A stretch of 64,000 bases of DNA from Enoplolaimus lenunculus (Eukaryota): the NCBI GenBank assembly GCA_030248215.1, contig JASANG010003130.1, positions 186,001 through 250,000 of the forward strand. Direction: 5' to 3'. The translations under genes and the position numbers were made by a program. Shown here one piece after another: positions 1 to 14,003 of the stretch; the first letter of the stretch is position 1; each line of letters starts with the position of its first letter. The notes beneath the pieces are model-generated. The model did no database searches and had not been told where the DNA came from. It saw only the letters and a program-made list of their open reading frames with translations.

Positions 1-3000
1 GCCATTCGAGTTATCCAGTGGCAGTGTATTTGCTGACTCCGGTAAATACTGATCCTCGCCATTTTCCATCTTTTTGTCGTCGCTGTCAACTATAGGACTA
101 GTGATTGTAGACGAAATTCCATTGGCGTCAATCATGAAGCAACCAGAATCGGTATCTTTTTCGTATTCTTCAAAAGCCGGCGATTTACTTGTGGATTTTG
201 TTTCTTTATCGCCATCTGCGCCGGTCAGAGTTTGGCCACGAGATCCTTCCGACCCAAAAATTTTCGCGTCTTTGCTTTCGGCATTTTCTTCGAACAACCC
301 TTGATCGTGGATCTCAGTAGACCAAGCATTATCATTCTCAAAATCGTCTTTTTCGTTACGATCCGAACCAGGCGGTGTCTTAACTTCGGCCATGCTCCGT
401 TGAGATATCTTAGCATCTCCAACACTGTCGCCAGCTGCTGTTTTCGCTTCAACTTTGGATCCAGCTGCTGTTCCTTCTTGTTGCGAACGGCGTTTTTTAC
501 GCTTTCGCAGCTTTCGAGTTCCGCCCGGAGACCACTGATCTTCTCGACTGTCATCATCGCTACTACTATCGTCTGTATTTCGGAATTCTGGTACCTGATG
601 CAACGCTCGAAGTAGTCTTGCTGAATTCAACGAAGCACAAGAAGATCTACGGTAAGAAATGTCTTGTAACGATGGCAATGCAATATCGGCAGAAGAAGTT
701 TGCTCCTTTTGATCTTCGTTGTCAACTCCTTGAGGTACGCCGTAGTCAGACTCTCCATAATCTACATCTGTGATTCCGTAGTCGTTTGGCACCACGTCGA
801 GAAGTTCCATGCTTCCAAACCGTTGCTTTTGAGTCGTTCCTTGTGGATATAAAAGTTTTAAATTTTGATCTTCTCCAAATTTTAAGTCATTTTCATCGTG
901 GCCCAGTTTTGCTAACTCTAAGAATTTTGGTTTTGCAACAAACTGACTCAACTGGGACGGTGTACGTGGTTCAACAGAAGCTGATCTTCTCCGCTGTGGT
1001 TCGGCAAACTGCAAATCATTGCTTGGTCCAGCTAAATTGTCGAGTGACAAAAATCGTCTATGTTTCAGGCCGGAGCGCAAGCCGAGTTGGTTTTGGTAGA
1101 GCGCATTACCTAACCTGTCTTTAATAGCCCGCAGGTAACTGTTGGAACGCCCACGAATATTTAGATGTTCAGGTTCTTTCGCGTGCAGTATATTAGATAC
1201 GCGTGGTTGTTGATGGGTATCCAAACTAAAACGATCATTTTGATTTACTTCACTATTTTCAAAACTGCTCGCTGCTCCAGCACTTGCAACATCAGAAGGA
1301 TTTCGCTCGTTCGAATTGTTCATTTTCAGTAACGATGTTCGCGCAGCGTTGAAGACTTCCATTGGTAGCCGAAACAAACCCGTTTTACGGTCACCTGTTG
1401 TGCCGTATTTTTCAGCTGCCTTTAAGTCTGCAGTAGGAACATGAGTATCTGACAAATATGATCTGCTTTCGGTGTGTTTTGAAATTTCGCGGACACTATC
1501 CATTTGGTCTTGAGTTGAAATTATCTCTTCAGGTTTTGGATCAATTTGTATTTCATCGTCGGCTGTTTCATACGGAATGTCGTCGCTTGAAGTAGCAACG
1601 TCTTGAAATAGCGGATCTGGACATGGCTGTTCTTCTGCGGTTACCATAGAAATGCTGTCTGGATGCTTTTCGATCGCAGCGCTTTTCGAAAGGTCAGACC
1701 CGGATTTGTGTTCAGATTCAATTGTTTTATCTTTGCTTTCGGACTCTGCTTTTTTCGATATGATATTTTGATCGATTTCGTTGTTGATAGTTTCCTCAAC
1801 CAGTGATTCAACGAAACTTTTCTCACCGGCCGCAAATTCGTTGTCATAGTTCAAAAACGCGTCGTGTCCAACGTCAGAAGGTACCAAATGCTCAACTACT
1901 GGAAGCTTGCATTGTTTTTGCTCGTGCGAGTTAATAGTTTCATTGTCAGATAAGCTATTTTCAGTTGCGGGTTCATCACCGACCACATGGGAGGAATCGT
2001 TTTCTTCGACTTGTTCAACGTCTTCCATTGTATTGAGGTCATTATTAATTGAACTTGTCTGCGGATTGGATTCTGGATTTTTAAAATCCGCACTCAATGC
2101 CGCATTTGAAATAGAATTGCTTATATGACTCAAATCATCGACAAAAACTGTTTTATATTTCGAAGCAGCGTCCAGCTCTTGAGCTTGCTCATTAGGTTCC
2201 TTGCCTCTTTGTAGCGCATAAATTTCCGGTTCAGTAAAATCTTCAAGTCCAAAAATAGTACCCGAATCGTCAAACGCTGGTCCAAAGTGCATCGCAACGT
2301 TTGATGGCAATGAAGTCGTAGGTTCAGGTTCGAAAGGTTTATTTTGATTTTGGTCTGTTTCGTGCAAAATCTCTTCATCGTTGTCGTCAGCGCTCAAATT
2401 TGACTGTTCCGGTTCATATTCTAAAGTTTCCTCGCGGCTACTACCATCTTGATCTGTTTTGTTTTCGGCTTCAGGAACGCTGTCAATTTTGGAACCTGTG
2501 TCAGATTGAAAATGGTTCAGCGAATGGTCTTCAGCAATATTCATCGATATATATTCATCTTGGTCCTGGCAAGGTTCGAAGTTGTTTTCGTTTTCAACAC
2601 CATTCATCAATACAGAGTTCTCCGGACCCATCTCTGCATGATATTCGTCCGTCAAGAAGTCATTTGTAGTTTCTTCTCCGTTAGCCGCTATCTCCAAGAT
2701 ACCGTTATTTTCGTTTGTTTTTAGGATAGTTACAATCTCGTCCGGTTGGCTTTGGTCTGTCAGCGTGATAACTGTTTGTCTAGTTTCCTCTGGCTGTTCA
2801 ATGTTCTCATCTATAGAAACGATGCTTGTCGCATCTGTTGCCTCATCAGCATTCCCATTCATACCTTGATCAGCTAGGTTTTCAGTTGATCCATAACTTC
2901 TTGATGACGATACATCTTCTTCATCATGGTGGTAACTATGCTCAAATTGAGAGTAAGTTGTTTCTCGGAGTGATCCTTGTTCATCTTGTTCGTATTCAGG

Positions 3001-6000
3001 ATGCCTATCTTCTATTAAACTAACTTCTCCTTCAGTTTCGGATAATTTGTCTTCATCAGTCCGTGAGTCATTGACTGTATTTCTTTCGCTAATTAATTGT
3101 TGTTCAAGCTGCATTTGCTCGAAACTATTTAAACTATCGTTGAGTTCATTTTCGAACTCGGAATCGACCAACGATGCGTCTAGAGATTGTTCTTCATTCG
3201 TGCTTCCGTGGTACTCCTCAGTTCTTGGTGTGATTAAATTGCTTTGTTGATCAAGCTTAGTTTCTGATTTCGGCGGAATTTCTTGAGCTATTTGATCTCG
3301 ATGAGAGTCAAGCGGTGGTTTTTCGGAAGTTTTCGAAGGCGATTGTTCGGATGCTGTTCGTGTCACATCGGTTACAGATTCCGTTTGTGGTTCACTGGTT
3401 GATTCGAGTCGAGATTTTGTTAAACTTGCTGAGTTGTCAGCTTCCGAACCTCTGTACCCTTCCTCGTTTTCACGATTCAAATCATCTAAATCTACCGATT
3501 GGTTGTTCAGTATATTTTCGTCTACATGAAAACCAGAACCAGCTTCGTTAGTTTCTTGAGTTAATTCGGCTTCCGGTTCTGATTGATATGCTTGTGGTAC
3601 TTCATCTAAATTATCGTCAGATGTATGCTCTTCGCTAGTTGTCGAGGTCGTTTGTCCAGATATTAGAGCAGTAGCATCGTCCATGGGTACTTCCATTTTG
3701 GGTTCACTCGTAGATTCTGCTACAGATCTGTGTAAAGCTATTGACCCTTCTTCAGCTCGATCTAAGTTGCTTCCCGAGTTTTCACAGTTTAGGTCTTCAC
3801 TAACAAACTCGGCACAAGTTTCCGGTTGATATCCTTGAGACATATCTCCGAGATTATCAGGATACTGTTCTTCACAGGTTGACGAGGACCGCCTTCCAGA
3901 TATTTCTTCTGCGCCATCTTTAGATCTTTCGGTTTCGAATCCACGTGTCAAGTCTGTGGCAATTGTGTTCGAAGATAACGCGTTTTCTTCAACTGACAGG
4001 TTGCTTCTTACATTTTCTTCTGATCGAACGTCATAATTTGGCTCATTACAGCTGGTTGGTGGCGAATTTGGTGTTGTGTCAACAACACCATTTGATTCGT
4101 TCTCAAATATATTCTCCGCCTCAATATCCTCTTCGCCGGTAAACGTTTTACTTGTAGGTTGGTTTTCGAAATCAGAGCTTGTCGAATTGCTGTTATCTTG
4201 GAATTCAACGGGTTCAGATCGGGTCGTGTAATCGTTAAGAGCGCTCGAAATTTGCTCTTCAGATGTTTGTTTTGATGATTTTGAATCGTGTGTATCTATA
4301 GACATGTTCTTATGATATTCTCCGTTAATATTCTCCGTAGCATCTGAGTTGAATCCAGTAGAACGGTTGTCAGTAGTTTCTTTATCTTCGTTGTCATCTT
4401 CACCCTCAACCTCGTCGTTGCTTGACATGTTTGTTAGAAATTCTTCAGTTCTGTGTTCGATTGAGTTGTTTTCAAAATGCGATCGTTCAGTTTCTATCGA
4501 AGCAGCAGCTGAATGTTGGCTTTCGCGGTCGTTAGTTCCATTGGTTCTTGAATCGATTTCATCCTCATCTGCAATTGAAGATTCAACGACAGACGCATTA
4601 TACCCGAGATTTGCGTGGTTTGCCACATTTATCTCGGAAGCTGTTTGACTTTCAGTTGCATCTTGCTCCAGTTGATGATGTTTCGCTTGATCTGATGTTA
4701 ATGACAAATTATGTACCGAAATATCGCCAGGGATGATTTCATTGTAATAGTTCGCTGGTTCAGAATTTGAAATTTCTTCGGCTTGGAAAGGAGCATCTAT
4801 AAACCCGTCTTTGTCTTTAAAGTCACGTTTGGCTCCGTTGTCTTGGTGGAAATCAGTATGAGTTTCTTCTTGGCTACCTTGGTCAGATCTTTGTGAATTT
4901 GCATTCGCTAACGATGTTGAATGATCAGGTCTTAACGATTCTTCCGTTTCAATGGCATCTTCCGGTATAGGCGTATCGTGACTATGATAGTCTTGTGATA
5001 TATAATTAGCGTTGGAAAACTCACCATCTGAACCAGAATTTTCGTCGGTTATATCGTCTAATTTTGGACCTTCTGACTTTTCATGTGGTTCTAAACGGAC
5101 TGCATTCTCAGTTGCTTCCGATTGTAACCTGAACTCATTTTCGGTTATATCTGTTTCTATTTGATCCTCAGTAATTTGATCAAATTCTTCTTGTTCTAAC
5201 TGCTGTTCGCTGGCCTCTGAATCAGTTTTCTGACTTTTGCTTTCGTTGTCAAAACCCTCATTTATTTCTTGCTCAGAGGTGTCTAATTGTTGGGCAACGT
5301 TTTGATCAGTCTCAATTTCGCCTATTTCATTGGGTGAATGCTCAGAACCAAACCATTGATCTCCCATAGATGGCGTCGCTTGCTTCTCCTTAGATTGCTC
5401 TGACAAATTATTTTTTCTTTCAGTCACAGCCATATCTTCGTTATCGTTTGCCAGTTTCAGCGATGATCTGGTGCTATTTGACTCTACCAATACGCTCTCT
5501 TTATTGGGTCCTTCAGAATCTGCGATGTCCATATTGTTCACTGACTCTTGTCCAGAGAATTCGTTTGCCGTTGAAGCTTGTTCTGCAGCAGGTGCTTCTG
5601 TCAAAGATCCTTCGTCATTTCTGGACGTCTCGTGTTCAGGTTCTTGGGGTTCTGTGATGGTTCTCGGTATTGGCCCGTCTTGCTCGTTTACTTCTTCAGC
5701 GTTTAAGAATCCATCAATACTACCCTCGTGTTGTTCGTCAGATATGCTGAGGGGTTTAGATATTTGGTCGCTTTTCTCAGCTTCTAATAATACAGAACCA
5801 GTTTCTTTGACGTCATCATTCAAAATTGTTCGATCATCATTTTGAGATTCGGTTGCCTCCGTGGTTGCCCTAGGCGTTTCCTTACGTTGTGAACCATTCA
5901 TTTCGTCGTCATTGTCAATTTTTTCCGCCGTGTTATCTAAATCCTGCGGTTCTGTTTCGTTCTGAGAAGCAAATCTTTTGCTATACCAATTTTTAAAATC

Positions 6001-9000
6001 AGCAAGTTTACTCCATACACCTTGTGATTCGTCACCATCTTCTTGCCTTAAAACTTTTTCTGTTTCTTGAGCTAAAGCATTGTCGTCGTTAGTTTGATCG
6101 AAATTTTCAACCTGTGAGTTCTGGTTATCGAAAACATTGTTATACAGAGCTGTATCTGCGGACACATGTCTTACAGATGCAGCCGACTGTAAGCTTCGTT
6201 CACTGTCTTCAGGAATGTCGTCCAATCGTGGTTCAACTTCCGAAATACCGGGCTTGCCATTGGCCAACGCTTCTAAAGCGGCGTCGCGTTCACATTGTCG
6301 TTCGAGTTCAACAAATCGCAGCAACGATTCGGCGCTTTCTCGAGAAGTTCTCGCAAATTTGTTACTTCCAACGTCGCTTGATGTTTTTGCGTACGAATGA
6401 CGAGTTTCTGGATCGGATTGAGCAAATTCTGCAAGTTCTTCGTCATCGTGTTGTTGTTCAACCAGACTCGGTGACAAACTATCGGCACTTGAACGGCGAA
6501 TAGGCAACGAGGAACCATTGAACTGATCTTCATCACTGACTCTTGCTTTTGACGATACGGAATCATCTGCTGGATTGCTTTCACCATCTTCTGCATACTC
6601 TGCTATGTTTGATTCTGAAGTTTCGTGGTTTTCGAGCTTGGAACCATTCGCTATTTCGTCTGTACCATTAAAGCTGGCGTTGATTTCATAGTGTTCAGGC
6701 ACCCACTGATCATGTGTAGTTAATGTATTTGCATTTGGTTCAAATGATTTTGCTCCTTCGGCTTCTGCTATTTCTGCTATGTTTGATTTTTGAGTTTCGT
6801 CCTTATTGTACTCTAAATCACTCGCTATTTGGCCTGTTTCATTAAACCTGGGGCTTACATAATTTTCAGGCCCTTGGTGATCATATGTAGTCATCGAATT
6901 CACATTTGGTTCAAATGGTTTTGTAGCACAATGTGATTCGTCACTTTCTTCTGCTTCGTCAGTTTCAGAACCCAATTTCTGTTCACTGCCGATATTTTCA
7001 TCATAAGACAAACCGGTGTCTGGTAACTTATTTTGCTCTAAATCACTATTCCAATTAGAATCCTCTGGATTGTTACCGAAGTTTGTGATACCAGGATCGA
7101 ATGAGCTTGAATCCAAAGGTTTCGGTTCGCTATCGCTTAATGACTGCTCAGATTCGTGGTTACGGTTAGTAACCGTAGTTTGATTTATATTTTGTACTGA
7201 ACCATCGTCAATTGTGGCTTGAGCTAATACTGTATTTACCAAGCTTGACACGCTGACGTTAGAACTTGAACGTTTGGCTCGTTCTGATTCGTCCATATTG
7301 TGAAATCGACCGGGGTGCGAATTTTCATTCGTTTTTTCATCTGGTACTGTTTCAAAATTTGAATTTCCAAATGATGCTTCAGCAAGATTCGATGGTTCAT
7401 ATATATTTTGATTTGACTTCGTAGATCTTTCTTCTTCACCAGCTTCAATACTCATATTGTCGGAAGCATCACCTGTTTCTTCTCGGCGATAGTCATATTC
7501 ACTGCCAGGTTTTGTATCAAATGTTTGAAAATTTTGTGATCCAGATTCGAACGAAGTTTCACGGATTGGCTGGTCAAGTAGTTGTTCATTTTCTGCCCAT
7601 TGGTTGCTTGTTGCTTCGTATTTACTTACATGGTCCTCATCACTCCTTTCCCAATTAGTTTCGCTTTTACTGTTAAGCTGGGGCTGTTCAGCATTTATTT
7701 CCGACCAATTATTTGTTTGCTCATGGTCTGATTGCAGAAGTTCGCCATTTGGCTCTGGCCAATTATTGTCTTGCTCTTGGTCTTGTTGCAGATCTTCCTT
7801 GCTTTGTTCTGACCAATTATTTTCGTGCTCCTGGTCAGGCTGTAGATTTTCGCCGCTTAATTGTGACCAATCGTTTTCTTGCTCTTTATCAGGCTGTACA
7901 TTTGAGCCGCTTATTTCTGACCAATATTTATGTTCTTCCTGATCAAGTTGCTCATGTGCCCCGGTTGGATGTGACCAATTATTTTCAAGCTCCTGGCCTG
8001 CTTCTAAATTTTCATTGTTTATTTCTGACCAATTATTTTCTTGCTCGTGGTCAGCTTGCAATTGCTCATCGCTTGGAAAACACTCTTCCACTTGCGGTGA
8101 AGGTTCCATAAATGAATTCGTTGGATCGAAAATAATATTGACTCTCGTTTGTCGGTCAGGCAGCCCGTCTGAATCCAAATAACCTCTGGTTGCTATGAAA
8201 GGAATAGAACTGTCAACGCTGCCGCCGCTTTCAGCTTCTGACTCTCTGAGATTAGGATCTGCTTCTGGAGTTGATACATTTCTTTGTGTTCGAACGTTGT
8301 CTTCAGAAATAATTTCACTAAATTCACCATTGGCATTTTTGTTAATTTTGTCAAAATCGATGCTTTTTTCACTGGTTAACTTCTCTTCATTCTCGCCATT
8401 CGCTTCAAATATCTCGCCTTCATTAGGCATTTCCGTTTGACTCAAGAACTCCTGTAGTTTAACGCTATCATTCTCAATATCACCATAACCCGGCAAAGAC
8501 CCGATTTGACCATTGCCAGTTTCTGTTCTGGCCAAACTGTCTCCTGTATCCGCTTGGTTCTCGCCTGGTTGAAATTCATTGTTGATAAATCCATGTCTAT
8601 CAGTCTCTGTAATAAGCTCACCATCAAGTGCTACATCGCGTAACGTGTCTTTGCTTTCACTATGCGACGCGTTTGAATTCTGCATATACGCTGAAAACGG
8701 GATTGGTATGTTACCTGTACTGCGTACTGAACAAGCTCGAGCGTTTTCCGAAATTTCATAGTCGGGATTGTTGGTTCCATCTAAGTTAGCATCACCTTGT
8801 GCCACGACATCTGAAATAAACTGCTCAGGTTCGTCAAAATTAATTAAATTGTGACATGCTGTGTCAGACGTAGGGCCTTCATCCGGAACCACACCATAAA
8901 GTAATCCGTTGTTATTGGCACCATTTTCAACATTGTCAAAATTCGCCGTCGCGCCATTAAAATTGCCGTCTTCATTGCTGGTATATTCGTGGATGCCGTC

Positions 9001-11497
9001 AAAATCGTGCGGTTTACTTTGATTTGTCAACATTTCATTATTAGTAGAAACGATGTCTGGCTGTTCGGTTGCTGGAGTTGAATTGTTGACCACACCATAA
9101 AGTAACCCGTTATTGTTGTCGCTAATTTCAACGCTGCCAACATCTCCAATCGTACCATGAAAATTAACCTCTTGATTGGTAGGATATTCGTTCGTATCTT
9201 CAAACCCGTGTTGTCCAGTTTGATCCTTTAATATTTCATTGGCAATAGAATCATTGTTTGTCGCTTTTGAGTCTTCGGCCGAATATTGCTGCGCCCTGTT
9301 TTGCGTGTCTTCGACAAAGTTATCTTGAAATCCGTTCGTTTGATTTTCTTCACCATCTTCGTTACCATCCGTAGTCGCACTGTTTATCTGTGATGTGGGA
9401 ATAGGAGCACCAGTGCGCACTTCCCAGCGAAATTCAGGAAATCGTTTACGCGTTGACGCCGCTTGAAAAACATCCTGCGCCGCTGAGTTAGTTGAAATTG
9501 ACCTGTCGCAAGCGGTCCTACTGAGCTCAGTTGACCCAAAGTTTGAAAAATTCGCGATAGACTCGGAAACATTTTCCCAATTGTGCTTTGAACAGTCGCT
9601 CGAACACGTGCAATCTATCCCATAGTGCTTTACGGTAAAAAATGCGTTTCTATCGATAGGAAATTCGCTCGTGAGTCGTGTACTTGTATGCATGTGATTA
9701 CCAATCAATGATCTATGACTAGATATTTTGTTCGATTTCGAGGAACATTGGCCAGCTGGACTTACGTCTGGAAGATCGGTCTTAACCAGACCGCCAACAC
9801 TGACTTGTTCATCCGATGTTTCTGAATCGTTGTCACTCTGGTCTCCATTTTTCACCATTTGACTAAACTTTTTCAACGTCCAATTTGATAACCTTACTGG
9901 AGCTGTCAATTCGTTTGACTCTGCATCCGTGTTCATGTGGGCAACTTGAGTTGATTTTTCGCTATCACTCTGATCTGCATTGTTTACCATTTGACTAAAC
10001 TTTGTCAACGTCCAATTTGACAATTTTACTGGAGCAGCCCATTCGTTTGACGCTTTATCCGCATTAATATCGACCGTTTGAGTTGATTTACGACCATCAT
10101 CCAAGTCGTCAAATTCAACTACCGATTTCAGGCGTTTCATTTCGGAAACTGGTTCAAACTTTGACTTACATTCTGTTGGACTTGCAAATTCTTCAGCTCG
10201 TCTTGAATGGTCTGTATTGTTGCCAATTTGTTGATTTGGATCTATGATTTCTTTGCCATTTAGTTCTACTAGTGGCTGCTGATCATTTGTTGAATTAGCA
10301 TCTGTAATGTACGCCGATCCTCGACATATTTTTTCGGAAACTGGTTCAAACTCAAACGTCAATTCCGCTTTGGCTGATTCTTCCTGCGCTAGTTTTTCCC
10401 TGTCTTTATTGTTGATTAGTTCTTGCGGGTAATTTATTGAATCCTTATCTATAATGTCTACAACGTCACCATCGGTTTGTGGACAATCACGAGACAAAAG
10501 TTCAATTTTGTCCAACAAATTCATGGGTTCCGACGTGCAACGCTGCAGTAGTTCAACGGTCGAAGATAGTGGAACTCGTTGTTCTTCAATCATAAACGCT
10601 GTATCTTTCCCACGCTTGAATGCCGCTTGTCTTTTCAACGAAATGATTTCGGCTGTAGATTGAGTGTTGATCGTTTCACAAGACGTGTCCCGGTGATTAT
10701 TTTTCAATATCAAATTGACAGAACTACTTACATCCGTAAGGATTTGGGAATTTTCCGTCTTTCCCATTGAAAAAGTATCTAGTGAGCTTGCTGAACCTTT
10801 AGCTTGGCCACTTTGAGGTCTTCCACGATTGGATAAAGTTAGCAGAGGACAAATTTGACGAGATTGAGAACGTACACTTGAAATATCGCTGTATCTGCGC
10901 AAATGACGAGTTTGGTCGTCACAGTCTAGAAATTCATTACCTGTCCGCTGTCCTGTATACGAAAAGCTTCTGCTCCGGTTTGCGGTCGCTGTGCAGCGTT
11001 TTTCATTCGCTCTTCCGAAGTCGAAAAGTGGCTTGAAAGAACCATCATGAAGATTGCAACGTAATTTTGACTTCATCACAGCCTTTGTCACACAATTTTC
11101 CGACTTAGGCGCCGGCTGCGTTTGATTTTCCGATTTTTCGCTTCTCGGTTTCCTCTTAGTCGAACAGTTTGAACTGATATCAGGAACTGAATTCGTCTTG
11201 CATTCGCTAAAAAAATCACAGTATTTACTTTTGACTAATTTCCGTTGGTTTCGACCAGACGACAGAGACGACGCGGTTTCAATTTGATTCGGAGTTGAAC
11301 AATGACTTGAAATTACCGACGGGGTGTTTGATGCGTTTGCTTCCGCATTTCGGTGGTTCTGTCGAAAACTTGTTGATCCGTCACCAAGGTTGTTTGATCG
11401 TGGTTTACCGTCGTATTTTTTCATATAATTTTTAAATTTTGGCGATCCATCTTTGGTGTACAAATTTTTCCGTTTGACTTTATTTTTGTCTGGCGGT
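1..11497 (-). CDS. Giant exon (>=11.5 kb, >=3,832 codons) of a very large acidic, S/T/N/D/E/Q-rich, probably disordered protein; continues beyond the left edge
   Basis: The minus-strand frame (triplets starting at + position 1) had no stop in every stretch I read. The ORF track lists no ORF in this frame, as expected if it runs off the window without a stop. Acceptor ttttatttttcag at 11498-11510; the exon starts (R)PPDKNKVKRKNLYTKDGSPKF. Phase 2 matches the upstream exon ending at 12866. Confidence 0.9.
7597..8064 (-). repeat. Coding tandem repeat, 54 bp / 18 aa, 7 good plus 2 degenerate copies (consensus about LQxDQEQENNWSEINxEN)
   Basis: Direct translation of the giant-exon frame; Trp recurs every 18 codons. 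Confidence 0.85.
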
Positions 11498-12533
11498 CTG
11501 AAAAATAAAATCAAAACACGCGATTGTAAACCTGCCAAAATATTAAAGCAGGTCGTAATACATCTTCTACAGCAGCATTTCTAAGCTACGTAAGGTAACT
11601 TTACATCAGGGTAAGGGTGGGATGTTAATATTAAATTGTGTTCGGTGCTCGAAATAAGTGAGCAACAAAACTAATTTGTTTAGCTGCTGAAATTGTTCTT
11701 CCAGCAGTTAGCGCTCCGTATTAAATTAAGTACTGACAAAGCGAACTTGTATACGTTAATTATTTATAGTTTTCCTAGAGTTTAGCTGTACCAAGAGTTA
11801 ATGATACCAGTGTGCATCTTCCAAAAATGCGCGCGGCCGGAAAAGTACCACCACGCGTTGTGTTTGGCTCATACCTCCCTTATTTAGGAAGAATCAACTG
11901 CACACAGAACTCAACTAAACTTAAATCAAGAATATAATTGGTCGGACAATGCTTGCACTGTGTATCGCAACAGTATTTGCCTGCATTCAATGTTTCAACA
12001 CCCCTCCCCCTAAATGAGTGGGGTAAGTGAATAATACAACCCGTGCCTGTGCATTCTTTCGAACACAGAATGTACCCAGTTGCACACTCTTGTTGAAGCC
12101 ATTATACACTCTTAGCTGTACGAACCGTATTCACAAATAGAATTAGCATTGTTCCTCGATAACATTCATTAATAAACGTTTCACACGCTTGGTGTAGGAT
12201 AGCCTGTCAAACATGGGTTTAAATGGATATTCGTGTCCAGAACATTGTGTCCGTGCGTACTTCCGGTTCCGTCATAGAACAACCAAATAAATCGCTTGAC
12301 CGTCATTTAGTTCTTACGTTTAGGTTCTACTATTGTTCGATTTGAAATGTAAACAAAAGAATTAACCCAAAATTTTAAAAATTAAGCGTTACAAATATCA
12401 AATCACCTTATGAACTTTTACACTTAAATATATGTTCTCCGTTTCCGATGTTTTGATCACTAGCTATTTCTGTTTATGTTATTTTAACTATCCGTATAGC
12501 TTGGAATCATATGATGGAATCCAACCACACTTT

Positions 12534-12724
12534 GGTCAATGTTACTTTAGCGCTGTAACTCTAGATGAAACAAAATCCTAAGTAGAAGCCTGAACCTAAG
12601 CGTTAAATATGTGTTTATCCAAAGCTTAAGCCTAAGTCTAAGTCTAAGCCTAAATAAAAAGTCTAAAATCTGATCCAATGCAGCCGTGCCAGAAAACGGG
12701 ACGGTCCTAAAAGTAACATAGATC
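12534..12724. mobile_element. MITE with GGTCAATGTTACTTT TIRs containing CCTAAG repeats (same family as 40597-40804)
   Basis: Inverted ends ggtcaatgttacttt / aaagtaacatagatc; TSD diverged. Confidence 0.6.
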
Positions 12725-12865
12725 GAAACTGTTTATCCCGCCATTTGTACTGAAGTTCTATTTTATTTACTTTTCTAGCGTATTAAGAGACAAATATTGT
12801 TCAAACGAATTATTTAAAACGTACCGTTCAACATTAGGCAGTTTTTAGCGAAATCGAACAATTAC

Positions 12866-13130
12866 CTGTATTTGATATCATTTTCGTGTAGCGAATTTCG
12901 TTTATTTTCGTTCTTCCGCAGATATTTGAACGTTTGCCGATCAGAGTCGTATTTAGCGTCCATCCAATTTTGATCTGGTTTTCGCTGCTTGCTGCTATTT
13001 TTCCCATCACGATAACAAGTTTTGTGTTGTTGTGGTTTACTTGTACTTTCTGTGGATGTTGTTTTGGTTGTTGAAGACTCCGTTGACAAGTGTGACGAAC
13101 TTCTGTTATTTGCTCGATATTGTTGTGTTC
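12866..13130 (-). CDS. Internal exon of the giant-exon gene (TQQYRANNRSSSHLSTESSTTKTT...ENDIKYR)
   Basis: Acceptor catattccag, donor CAG|gtaatt; open frame; phase 1 in, phase 2 out; AG+A gives Arg at the junction with the giant exon. Confidence 0.8.
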
Positions 13131-13645
13131 CTGGAATATGAAATTAACGCTGATTCGATTTTCGCCAGTTTATTGTTCATATCGCAACATGTCATAGCCT
13201 GAACCTAATCTTACAGGAAAAAAATCATGCCAAAAATTAATTTTGTTGTATAAACCGATCAAATATTGTTTTTATGCACAACAAACTCATTTCAGTGTGT
13301 AATTTATCTCATACGTTCAATGGCGGAACCAGAAATTCCGAAACGTGGTTAAACCATTAAAACACACCAATGACACAAATATTAAGAACTAGCGTACTTT
13401 CAGATTGCCCATATTTTGAACAAATTTCAACGACAAGTATTTTGAATCATTTTTTTCAATTTTTACGCAAAGAAACGGAAATAAAATATTTCAGACCCTT
13501 CTGAACGCAGACATACCGCTTATTTGCTATGGGTCTGTTCGAGGCAAACACACTAAATTTGAAAATATGAGAACAGGCAGTAATTTTTGAACGAGATCAA
13601 ATTAAACTTTTGTAATAAAAATTAAAAAGTGAGTTTAATTTTCAC

Positions 13646-13942
13646 CTGAACCATATTTGGACTTTATCCTGCGTTTGTGTACGTCGCCGTAATTTTTGCT
13701 TTCAATTTGACTAGTAGTGACTTTGCGATTTTCAAACCCTTGATTCCGGACAGGCAAACTTCGTCGAACTTGAGATTCTCGATTCAGCGAGCTGTGAGCA
13801 GCTATGCCATAATTATTGTTTGGGATAGAAACGTGTCTTTGCTGAGCTGATTTCGGATCTACGATTCGATCACAGACGGAGCTGTTTGATAACCGCGGCG
13901 TTAAGGCTTCCAGACCACACGATGTCATTGATTGTGAAGTGA
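13646..13942 (-). CDS. Internal exon of the giant-exon gene (TSQSMTSCGLEALTPRL...IKSKYGS)
   Basis: Acceptor ccttgtttcag, donor TCAG|gtgaaa; open frame overlapping ORF 13635..14027; phase 1/1, compatible with the next exon. Confidence 0.7.
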
Positions 13943-14003
13943 CTGAAACAAGGTTACTATGGTCAAATAAAATTTTGTTTCTCGGACATAATTCAAAAGT
14001 TAC

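Noticed and set aside
74..10770. Many short ORFs on both strands in the first 11 kb
   Set aside because: Antisense or off-frame shadows of the giant minus-strand exon.
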